Part shown: in pieces, positions 11,028 through 19,466 of the stretch
Layout: every line of letters begins with the position of its first letter
Position numbering within the stretch: the stretch's first letter is position 1
Assembly (NCBI GenBank): GCA_000004985.1
Contig: GG738894.1
DNA: 64,000 nt
Origin: Naegleria gruberi
Taxonomy: Eukaryota
Reading direction: 5' to 3' (one strand)
The notes under the pieces: model-generated
Seen by the model: the letters and a program-made list of their open reading frames with translations, nothing else
The model's database searches: none
Told to the model about the DNA's origin: nothing
Position numbers and translations under genes: made by a program

Positions 11028-11711
11028 ATGCAAACTTCATCTCTTACAACAACATATCAAAAAGAATACCTCCACAACAACAAGATGCAACAACAACCAA
11101 AAGTCAACATTATCGAGCAAGGAAACATTTGGACCATTGAAAATCTTTACTCACCAGAAGAATGTCAACAACTCATCAAGATTTGTGAATCGAATGGATT
11201 TGTGGAAGCTCCATTCAATGCCAATATGGCCAAAGATACAAGAAATAACGATAGAGTGATTCTTGATTTACCACAACATGCTCAATTGTTTTGGGAAAGA
11301 GTTTCACCTTATTTACCTCAACATGCTTCTCAATTGGGAAATCAAGTATTGGAAAGTAATGCAAAATCTGGATTTCAATTGTTAAATCCAGGATTTTCGA
11401 ATAGATTGAGATTCTACAGATATAAGAAGGGTCAATATTTTGCTCCCCACACAGATGGTTGTTATTTTGATAATAGAGATAAATATGTGGACCAGTCATT
11501 CTTGACAATCTTGCTCTATTTGAATGATGTCAATAATGCTGGAGGAGAAACTAATTTTATTCAAAATGGAATCAAACATAGTGTTCAACCAAAGAGTGGA
11601 TCTGTGTTGATATTTGTGCATTGGAATTGTCACGAAGGTGCTGAGGTGACATCTTCTAATGCTTTGAAGTATGTTATGAGAACAGATGCAGTTTTTAGAA
11701 GAATTAAATAA
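11028..11711 (+). CDS. 2OG-Fe(II) oxygenase, prolyl 4-hydroxylase-like
   Basis: 227-aa ORF with ATG. HxD…H iron-binding pattern (FAPHTDGCYFDN … VHWNCHEG) and the P4H-like 'RFYRYKKGQYFAPHTD' core. A basic R/K follows (RTDAVFRRIK). Confidence 0.6.
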   Translation: MQTSSLTTTYQKEYLHNNKMQQQPKVNIIEQGNIWTIENLYSPEECQQLIKICESNGFVEAPFNANMAKDTRNNDRVILDLPQHAQLFWERVSPYLPQHASQLGNQVLESNAKSGFQLLNPGFSNRLRFYRYKKGQYFAPHTDGCYFDNRDKYVDQSFLTILLYLNDVNNAGGETNFIQNGIKHSVQPKSGSVLIFVHWNCHEGAEVTSSNALKYVMRTDAVFRRIK

Positions 11712-11771
11712 AAATCAATCTGATCTGATAGACAGATGTAAAATTGTTCTGAGCCTCAAAGCAAAATCAAT

Positions 11772-11842
11772 TGCATTAGCCGGGAGTCGAACCCGGGTCA
11801 CCAGCTTGGAAGGCTGGTATGATACCGTTACACTACTAATGC
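11772..11842 (-). tRNA. tRNA-Gly(UCC)
   Basis: The reverse complement GCATTAGTAGTGTAACGGTATCATACCAGCCTTCCAAGCTGGTGACCCGGGTTCGACTCCCGGCTAATGCA folds as a cloverleaf. It has a 7-bp acceptor stem (GCATTAG/CTAATGC), anticodon stem CCAGC/GCTGG with loop CUUCCAA (U33, anticodon UCC, A37), and T-arm CCGGG-TTCGACT-CCCGG. It is nearly identical in its 3' half to vertebrate tRNA-Gly-TCC. Confidence 0.8.
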
Positions 11843-11930
11843 TCTTGTCCCTTAATAATAATTCCCAACATTATTAAAATCTATTAAGGAACAGAATTGC
11901 CACCAAAATAATGCAAAGCAAAATTTCAGA

Positions 11931-12011
11931 CGCAGACTGCAGGATTCGAACCTACGAAGGTTTCCCCAACAGATTTCAAGTCTGTCGCCTTAACCACTCG
12001 GCCAAGTCTGC
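11931..12011 (-). tRNA. tRNA-Ser(UGA), type II with long variable arm
   Basis: The reverse complement GCAGACTTGGCCGAGTGGTTAAGGCGACAGACTTGAAATCTGTTGGGGAAACCTTCGTAGGTTCGAATCCTGCAGTCTGCG has a 7-bp acceptor stem (GCAGACT/AGTCTGC), anticodon stem ACAGA/TCTGT with loop CUUGAAA (anticodon UGA), a 13-nt variable arm, and T-loop TTCGAAT. The GGCCGAGTGGTTAAGGC D-arm is typical of Ser tRNAs. Confidence 0.8.
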
Positions 12012-12080
12012 TACATTTGGGTAAGAAATATTACAAATTTGTGCAATCTAACAATGACTGTTTTAGATGTCATTCAAAAT

Positions 12081-13754
12081 TTATTGATTGGATTCCTTGT
12101 AGGATTGAGCTACTAACTTCATTAGTTCTTTTCGATCGAGATGTGGATTCTTATCTTTTAGTTTCTTGTAATTTTCCTTCATAAATAAATTATACTTGGT
12201 TGGTTGCTTGGTTTTTCCAATTGGTTCCAATATTCCAGTGCAAACTCCACACCTTTGTTTTGTGGTATCAACAGATTTGGAATGTCTCTTTACAATTGAT
12301 CCACAATCCGTGCATTGCCACTGATATTTATATTCAATATCGTATGAGTGGCAAGTCGTGATTGGAATGTCAGGATAGTATTTCTGAATAATTCCACCAT
12401 ATAAATAAAATGTTTTACCATGGCCTGTAATGCCGTCGAACATAAATGAAGCAGCATGACACATTTCGTGAGCTAGTGTATGAACAAGTCTCTCTTCACA
12501 ATCACAAACCTTTGTGGACATTTCAATGGCACATACCTTGATTTGTGATTTAGTGATTGTAAAGAGTTTACACAACCCAGCAGTTTTCCTCAAATGTTGA
12601 TTCCATAATAAATATGCTTTCCCTTTCAGATCTTTAGCCTTACCCTTTGTAACTTTCATAGCTGGAAGTTTGTTTTGGAAGCATACCTTGTTGAATTCGT
12701 CATAATATTTCTGTAATAAATCATCTCTGACCTTTTTGAATTTTTTGGCATCCATCTTTTCAAAAGTTAATGTCTTTGAATTTTTGGAACTTTTTGCTGG
12801 CTTTTTGTTAGTTAATATGGATTTTTCATGGAAATCATCATCATCGTCATCAATTTCAATAACATTGGTATCAATCTTGTTTTTTGGGTTGGATTTTGTT
12901 TTCGTTTTGGATTTCTTAATTTGTGGACTTTCTGCTTCCATTTCGTCATAGTCCTCATCATCGTCATCATCCTCTCCACTACTTTCAGCATATTCCTCAT
13001 CACTCTCCTCGTCAAAGTTGAAATCCTCTTCATCAGATGATATTGCTTCCTCCTCCTCCTCCTCAGAAGAATCACTCAGCTCAAAAGCATTCTTTTTCTT
13101 TTCCTCCTCCTCAAATTCCTCAATAATATCCTGCCCCACAATATCAGATTCTTTCACCCAAGTATTTTCACTACTTGGATATCCCTCCCATTTCACATAG
13201 TATTCAACAAGCTTATTTTTCACTCGTTTTTTAATGATCCTTTCAATGGAATAAACATCATCTTTCTCCTTATCCTTCTCAAAATCATATTCTTCCTCAG
13301 AATCTGAATGATCCTCAATCACTCGCTTTCCAAATGATTTTCTCGATTTTCTTCTCACTGGCGAAGTGTTTGCCATCTCTTCATCACTTTCATCATCATC
13401 ATCGGAAATAGCAATCACAACTCTTTCATTAAATTCATTTCCAGATTTTCCGTGATGGTGATGATCAGCAGCTTCTTGAGTGGCTAATAGTGGTGGTAAT
13501 GTTGCTTGCTCCTCCTGGAAATGTACAGTACTTCTTCTTGGTAATTCCTGCTCTTCTTCCTTCTTTAATAGTGCAATTGGTTGCTCAGGAAGAGTGTTAT
13601 CACTTTCGGAAAGGAGACCTTTTGGAAGAATCGTCTCTGGATTCGAAAAGAAATCATGCCAAGTAATTGAACGCCATCCAAATTCGTTACACATGTTCAA
13701 GTATCGATTACGAGTTACTTCATATGAAAATTCTTGTTCTTGATAAATATTCAT
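12081..13754 (-). CDS. GCNA/SPRTN-like SprT zinc metalloprotease with acidic disordered region, chromodomain, Zn-finger and HMG-like C-terminal tail
   Basis: 557-aa ORF with ATG. Chromodomain-like VYSIERIIKKRVKNKLVEYYVKWEGYPSSENTWVKESDI. Very acidic D/E/S-rich stretches. SprT core 'HTLAHEMCHAASFMFDGITGHGKTF' (HExxH…GHG, as in SPRTN HEMIH…GHGPEF). Cys-rich 'CTDCGS…CGVC' region. C-terminal basic helix-like 'TKYNLFMKENYKKLKDKNP'. The domain order matches the GCNA (acidic repeat/SprT) family. Confidence 0.65.
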   Translation of the reverse strand: MNIYQEQEFSYEVTRNRYLNMCNEFGWRSITWHDFFSNPETILPKGLLSESDNTLPEQPIALLKKEEEQELPRRSTVHFQEEQATLPPLLATQEAADHHHHGKSGNEFNERVVIAISDDDDESDEEMANTSPVRRKSRKSFGKRVIEDHSDSEEEYDFEKDKEKDDVYSIERIIKKRVKNKLVEYYVKWEGYPSSENTWVKESDIVGQDIIEEFEEEEKKKNAFELSDSSEEEEEEAISSDEEDFNFDEESDEEYAESSGEDDDDDEDYDEMEAESPQIKKSKTKTKSNPKNKIDTNVIEIDDDDDDFHEKSILTNKKPAKSSKNSKTLTFEKMDAKKFKKVRDDLLQKYYDEFNKVCFQNKLPAMKVTKGKAKDLKGKAYLLWNQHLRKTAGLCKLFTITKSQIKVCAIEMSTKVCDCEERLVHTLAHEMCHAASFMFDGITGHGKTFYLYGGIIQKYYPDIPITTCHSYDIEYKYQWQCTDCGSIVKRHSKSVDTTKQRCGVCTGILEPIGKTKQPTKYNLFMKENYKKLKDKNPHLDRKELMKLVAQSYKESNQ

Positions 13755-13782
13755 TTTTTTTAAATGTTAATTTTCCAAATAT

Positions 13783-13794
13783 TTTGGCGCCAAA
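13783..13794. promoter_or_regulatory. palindromic TTTGGCGCCAAA, E2F-type site about 30 nt upstream of the GCNA-like gene ATG (divergent spacer with the cathepsin-like gene)
   Basis: Perfect 12-bp palindrome matching the E2F/DP consensus TTTSGCGC on both strands. Same core recurs at 26097, 36818 and 42126. Confidence 0.35.
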
Positions 13795-14136
13795 GTGATG
13801 TGCAATATTGATGAATTTATTGGAAATTAGCCATTTCATAGACCTCCTCAATGAGTGTAACAAAACAACTTCCTTAACTCACGGGAAATATATTAATTAG
13901 GAGTTTGGATTGGTTTGAGTAGTCCTTGGAGAGTTGGTGCAGACCAACAATTCATCTTTGATTTCAACATGATAATAGTCTTACAAATACTTTACAACAT
14001 TATGTGGAGATGATCTCATCCGAATCATGGAGAGCTATTCGAGTCATACACTTCAATCCGGAGTTGCTCCTCTCTATAAAAGATAGTGAAACTTGTAAGC
14101 AACTCCATAACAATTGAAAAAAAAACTGTGATCGTA

Positions 14137-15119
14137 ATGAAAACTTTCCAATCTACAACTATTGCAATCATTGCAGCAACATGCATGCTCATTGCCATGA
14201 TGCTCTCATGCACCAATGCTCAACGTTTGTCTACTCAATTCGGTCACTTGATGAGCTCACAAGCTCTGATCAAGCAAATTAATTTGGATCCACAATCAAC
14301 ATTTAAAGCTCAATTGTATCCAAGATTTGAGTGGGGTCATGTGTTGGTGAAATTAAAATGAAGGTCAATGTGGTGCTGTTTGGGCAATGGTAAGTTTTTT
14401 AATTCCGATCTAAATGATCAATAATTATTATTTTGCAATTTCGAATATTAATTTTTATTGGAAACCATTTAGGTTCCAAGTGCTACAGTTTCTGATAGAA
14501 TGTGCGTTCAATCGAGTGCTAAATTCCAAGAAAGATTATCCACCCAATATATTTTGGAATGTGATACTAGAGATTTTGGATGTAATGGTGGTTATTTGAA
14601 TACTGAATTCGAATTTGAATTAAAGAGAGGTATTCCAACTGAAAAATGTGTTCCATACTCTGCTGTTAATGGTACTTTGGCTAATTGTCCATCCAAATGT
14701 GTCAATGGTGAACCATTAGTTTTATACAAGACTAAGGCAGTTCAAAACCTTACTGGAGAGCATGATATGCAACAAGCCATCTTACAAGGAGGAAGTATTA
14801 TGACAGAACTTGACATGTATCAAGATTTCCTCTATTATTCCAGTGGTGTCTATCAACATTCTGCAAATTTGAGACAACCAATTGCTAAGTTTGTTGTCAG
14901 AATTATTGGATGGGGAGTTGAAAATGGTGTTAAATATTGGATTGTTCCAAATATTTGGGGTAAAACATGGGGAATGCAAGGTTATATCTGGATTCGTGTA
15001 AGTATTGAAGGAAATTATTTTTAAATTTAATTTATAATATTTATTACAATTATTGTAAAATAGAGAGGTAATAATGAAAGTAATATTGAAAAGGATGCAT
15101 TCGCTTTCCAAGTTTACTA
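14137..15119 (+). CDS. cathepsin B-like C1-peptidase homologue, catalytically inactive, copy 1; exon 1 frame-disrupted (possible pseudogene); exons 14137..~14398, 14473..14997, 15063..15119
   Basis: Signal peptide MKTFQSTTIAIIAATCMLIAMMLSC. Exon 2 (174 aa, intact) and exon 3 align colinearly with cathepsin B (SDRMCVQSS…FGCNGGY…GWGVENGVKYWIVPNIWG…RGNNESNIEKD). Introns GTAAGT…TAG at 14399..14472 and 14998..15062. Relative to copy 2, exon 1 lacks about 135 nt of the propeptide/mature junction. It also has two 1-nt deletions just upstream of NEGQCGAVWAM that put in-frame stops (TGA 14359) before the donor. Confidence 0.45.
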
Positions 15120-15240
15120 AACAACTTCATCCATACACAAACTATTCAATAAAATAATTGAGTTTTAAAATAATTATACCAAATCAATATATAATATATA
15201 TACTCGTTTATTAATTCCATTTAATGGACATCCAATCATA

Positions 15241-15291
15241 TNNNNNNNNNNNNNNNNNNNNNNNNNNNNNNNNNNNNNNNNNNNNNNNNNN
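15241..15291. other. scaffold gap (51 N) truncating the 3' end of the phospholipase B-like gene
   Basis: Run of N. ORFs spanning it (15236..15640) are artefacts. Confidence 0.95.
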
Positions 15292-15293
15292 GT

Positions 15294-16936
15294 TTATTCC
15301 ACATGGCTGAACTTGGCAGGGCATTGACCATTCCAAACAAAGACTGGTTGATCAACACTGGTTGGTCCATTGATAATGTGAACAGTGTTAATGTCGAGAA
15401 TTGAAGAAACCTTAGTATCATAACCTCCACTGCAGCTTCTTGTAGCATCAGTAGCAGTTGGAGACAAATCATTTCTGCTCGAAATGGAATAGCCAGGTTG
15501 ACCAAGAGAAAGTGGATCATACTTCCAATTGTTATATCTAAGAAGATTCTTAATAGTATCAATTGAGTTGACCTTATTTTGATCTCTTCTAAAAATGTTA
15601 GCTCTAACACATGTTTCATAGGACAACATGTCTGAGGCATTTGGTCTCTTTAAGATTTCAGGATATCCAGAAATTGTGAAAACTTCCTTATAGAATGGAA
15701 CATTGTAACTAGGCCAGTATCCATAGCTGAGAATTTGAGTTTGATCAGCACCAATAACCTTTCCTGGAATTTGCTCAACAACCCAAAACAAGTCATTGGC
15801 AAGTGGTTGGCCAGGAACGAACTTTTTAGTATCCAAAACCATGAATTGATTATTGTAAGTACCAGAGTTATATTCAGAAAAGATTTTACTCCATGAAGGA
15901 GCATCATCAGCAAGTCTGTTGGCTAAAATAACTCTTTGCCAACACAACAATGATTCTGGTTTGAGTAAATCATATAAGGAAGTGTTGAAAATATTGTTGG
16001 AAGTCTCAATAACAACTAATCCATTTTGAGTAATGTAAAAATCATCATTTGAAGCAAGTGTAGCTGGGTAACCAGAGAATGTGACCTTTGGTGAAGCAAC
16101 CAATTTGTTATTGAAATTGAAAGTGTAAGTCTTATAGATACGACTGAAATTTTCAATGATATAATGATAATGGTTAGAAAACAAACTTACGTCATAGCTG
16201 CAAACACGAACCACGAATTATGTCCAAAGTAGATATTACTGAAATCTGGTGCGACCTTGAAGATGGCAGAGCAGTGACCATTGTCTCTGGCGAATTGTAA
16301 AATTTGAGCTGAGGTCATCTTGTTAAAATTTGGTCTGAAATCCTTCTTAACATTGACAATATCAAACAAGTCACCAGAAGCACTCATTACTTGCAATTCA
16401 GCATAACTAATTTTTTCTGAACTATTTGTAGTGGCATAATTGTAACCATCAAGCAAACCCTCCATTTGCAAATAAACAGTTCTGACCTGTTGCCAGAACG
16501 GATCGTTGGCATACTTGGCAGATGAATCTCTAACCCAAGCACGTTGAGACTCCAAGAAATCTCTCACATATTGTGGCATCTTCTTATCAGGATTCTCAGC
16601 CCACACATACGTATTCAAATTAACAAAGTGATTGTAAATTCTCTTCCTTGTCAAGACTCCTTCCAAATAACCGGCAGCATAACTTTGCAATTCATCCTTT
16701 ATCAATCCATTGGTTTCAATAGAGAGAACATCCCATCCTTTTGCCTCATAACTATCATCATAATGTGCTGCAGCAATACCCGATCGCAGATTATAAACTC
16801 CATTCCTAACTATGTAATTCCCATTTTCATAGTAAAAGGTGGCATCGAGAGCCAAAACCTTGTTGGAGGCTTCATTTAAAACACCACAAACAATCAAGAG
16901 TCCGAGGATAAGTAAAAGAAGTGGTGATTTGTTCAT
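15294..16936 (-). CDS. phospholipase B-like (PLBD/LAMA family) Ntn-hydrolase; exons 16191..16936 and 15294..16143; C-terminus lost in N gap
   Basis: ATG at 16936 (MNKSPLLLLILGLLIVCGV signal peptide). Family-typical 'DNGHCSAIFK' (Cys nucleophile context) and 'YFGHNSWF'. ORF ends …AAMT at ATG AC|GTAAGT (16190). The 47-nt intron ends …AATTTCAG (16144). Exon 2 continues in frame (TRIYKTYTFNFNNKL…) for about 290 aa to the gap. Confidence 0.65.
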
Positions 16937-17089
16937 TTTTTTTTTATCAAGACTATTAATGTGAACCTTACGGAGATGTAAGCTATAGAATGGAATTTTC
17001 ATGTTTTAAATATAATAGATTTTTAACAAATATTTACATTATATTTAGCACAAATAATTAAATTTTCAATACTACCAAACAAATAAAAA

Positions 17090-18121
17090 ATGGACAAAAT
17101 CACACCACAAGCCATTCTTCATGCCGAAAAAATAATTCGTTCCGTAGGCGTGAAGAAAACCTCCCTCGACACTTGTCTTTCTCTGTCCAACCAGAAAAGA
17201 GCCATTTTGTTTAAATGTGAAAATGAACAAATTACAGGATCTTTCAAGATGAGAGGAGCCACTCATAAATTAATGCAATACATGATGAAAGAGGATGATA
17301 ATTTGAAAAAGAGAATTTGTACTGCATCGTCTGGAAATAATGGATTTGCTGTGGCGTATGTAGCTAAAGCATTTGGATATAATGCAACTGTGTTTGTGCC
17401 TGAAAATGCAGACACGGCAAAGATTGCAAATATTAGAGATGTGATGGGAGCAGATATTAGATTGTATGGTGAAAATTGTTTGGATACTGAATTGTTTGCA
17501 AAGAAATATGCACAAGAGAATGGAATTCCATATTTCTCACCATACAATGATTCAGATATTGTTATGGGACAAGGAACAATTGGTGTGGAAATTGAGGAAC
17601 AATTGAATGAAATTATGAAAAATAGAGGAGGTTCAATTAATGGAATTAAATTGGAAGATGATGGATCAAATCTTAATGTTTATGTATCAGTCGGAGGCGG
17701 TGGATTAATTGGTGGAATAGCTCGCTACCTTAAACATGCCTTCCCTAAATGTAATATAATTGGATGTCAACCACAAAATAGTGCTGTCATGTACCATTCA
17801 GTTAATGCAGGTAAAATTCTGGAAGTTGTTGAAGAATTTGATACAATCAGTGATGGAACTGCTGGCTTAATTGAAGTAGATACAGTCACATTCGAGATTT
17901 GTCAACAATTTGTGGATCGATATGTCCTCTCAACTGAAGAGGAAATTCTCTCATCACTCAAATTCCTCCTCCTGAAAGAACATACTCTAGTAGAAGGTGC
18001 AGCTGCTTGTGCTTTGGCCTGCCACTTGAAAGATGATCAATGTAAAGATAATTCGATCAACGTGATTGTTTTATGTGGAAAGAATATTTCCTCTGAAAAG
18101 ATTAAAAAGATTTTACAGTAA
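17090..18121 (+). CDS. PLP-dependent serine/threonine dehydratase / serine racemase family enzyme
   Basis: 343-aa ORF with ATG. PLP-lysine motif 'ITGSFKMRGA'. Gly-rich 'ASSGNNGFAVAYVA' and 'VSVGGGGLIGGIA' loops typical of fold-type II PLP enzymes. Confidence 0.7.
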   Translation: MDKITPQAILHAEKIIRSVGVKKTSLDTCLSLSNQKRAILFKCENEQITGSFKMRGATHKLMQYMMKEDDNLKKRICTASSGNNGFAVAYVAKAFGYNATVFVPENADTAKIANIRDVMGADIRLYGENCLDTELFAKKYAQENGIPYFSPYNDSDIVMGQGTIGVEIEEQLNEIMKNRGGSINGIKLEDDGSNLNVYVSVGGGGLIGGIARYLKHAFPKCNIIGCQPQNSAVMYHSVNAGKILEVVEEFDTISDGTAGLIEVDTVTFEICQQFVDRYVLSTEEEILSSLKFLLLKEHTLVEGAAACALACHLKDDQCKDNSINVIVLCGKNISSEKIKKILQ

Positions 18122-18215
18122 TACTTTTAATTAAATTATTAATAATTTTATTTTCAATTAAATTTTTACTAATTTTTTTCAAAAAAAATGAGTACTGTTC
18201 TGATTGCTTGCTATT

Positions 18216-18350
18216 CGGAATCGATGATGAACACGAGAAGCTGATTATCTAAATTGTTTTTGAATTGATGATCATCATTATGATGATTTTCGATAAAAAA
18301 GCATTGAAATGAAGACAAATAAACCTATACTCGATGAACTGAAGATTCCG
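18216..18350 (+). ncRNA. candidate box C/D snoRNA
   Basis: 5' CGGAATC|GAUGAUGA (box C, 18223..18230) … CUGA (D', 18241..18244) … UGAUGA (C', about 18267..18272) … CUGA (box D, 18339..18342)|GATTCCG 3'. The 7-nt terminal inverted repeat CGGAATC/GATTCCG brackets boxes C and D as in canonical C/D snoRNPs. Intergenic, not part of any ORF. Confidence 0.4.
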
Positions 18351-18647
18351 AAATGTAATGATCACGAACTGGAAGTAATTTTAATAAAATCAAATATTCA
18401 TCACCAAGTTAACTAATCTTTTCCGATCCAAAGCTTGGGGTTATTGGCTTTAAATAGAAACCACTTCAATAATTAGAAGAAAGAAACCATTCAACAGTAA
18501 TTTTCGATCGTCATAAGGACGATTTGAAATCCAGTGCACTACTTCCTTCTTAATTATTAAAAAATTTTGTTTAAAAAATACCTCAAATCTAATAGAATCA
18601 ATAAGTATATTAAATTTTATTGCTCATACATTAATAAGGATACAATC

Positions 18648-19184
18648 ATGTTAGAATCAAACATTAAGGTACATCTTGAGAATATTAGTATCACTGGAGT
18701 AGATAAAAACGAACTTTCGTATATGATAGCGAATGGAGGTGCGTTCACCACTTTAATTGTTAAAGCCATGCTAAGGGGAAATGAGGAGCAAATTAAAAAG
18801 GAGGTTAATGATTTTTTGAACACCACAGACAAGGCAATAATAGAGATTTTCCTTTCCTTATCCTGTAGGTATCAAATTGAGGATGATGAGCATGATTGTA
18901 AATTCTTGGACAGGATTAATCCTCAAGAGTTTAGCAGAAACATACAATCAATTCCTAAACCTCAATTCTTAAAAGATATATTCAGCTTTAAAAAGGCTCC
19001 ATTCCTGGATGGAATGAGAAAATTAATAACATCACATCGAATTGCATTTGAGAAGGAAGAATTAGAAGCAATTGAAGCAAGAAAGTTGCTATTCGGTGAA
19101 GATGTTCAACAAAAAAAATCGACTAAGAAAAAAGCTGCCACTAAAACAATTAAAAAAAGCTACCAAGAGAAGAAGAAAGAATAA
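18648..19184 (+). CDS. hypothetical protein with Lys-rich C-terminus
   Basis: ORF 18567..19184; first ATG at 18648 (MLESNIKV…). No recognisable domain. Basic KKSTKKKAATKTIKK tail. Confidence 0.3.
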   Translation: MLESNIKVHLENISITGVDKNELSYMIANGGAFTTLIVKAMLRGNEEQIKKEVNDFLNTTDKAIIEIFLSLSCRYQIEDDEHDCKFLDRINPQEFSRNIQSIPKPQFLKDIFSFKKAPFLDGMRKLITSHRIAFEKEELEAIEARKLLFGEDVQQKKSTKKKAATKTIKKSYQEKKKE

Positions 19185-19466
19185 AGTTTGTTGATTGTTT
19201 AGGAGCTATTCTCTACCATGTCGCAAGACCTGATATTACAAACTATGCTCAGTACAACTCTATAGTTAATAAAGCTAAATCTCAATAATGCCAAACAAAA
19301 GTATCTCATTAAATAACCTCTTCTTATTTCAGATCATTGATCAAAGTAATTGTTATATTCATCGAATCGGTATTGAAAGAATGTAATTGGACAACAAGGT
19401 ATGAATTGAATAGTTGGAGGTATTGGTATGTGTTCCACTTGTATAGTGTTGTGTTTGGTTTTGTAC

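Noticed and set aside
11772-11842. Initial reading of the first tRNA as tRNA-Trp(CCA)
   Set aside because: Refolding shows the anticodon stem is CCAGC/GCTGG with loop CUUCCAA. The anticodon is UCC (Gly), and the 3' half matches tRNA-Gly-TCC.
14086-14136. ORF-track start of cathepsin copy 1 at 14086 (and similar upstream extensions at 10729, 17002, 29557, 55408)
   Set aside because: The first codons are GTG/TTG. The first in-frame ATG, followed by a signal peptide or conserved N-terminus, is used instead.
15236-15640. ORFs containing runs of X (15236..15640, 28985..29227, 29001..29198)
   Set aside because: They translate across N-gaps and overlap real genes on the opposite strand. They are artefacts of the ORF caller.
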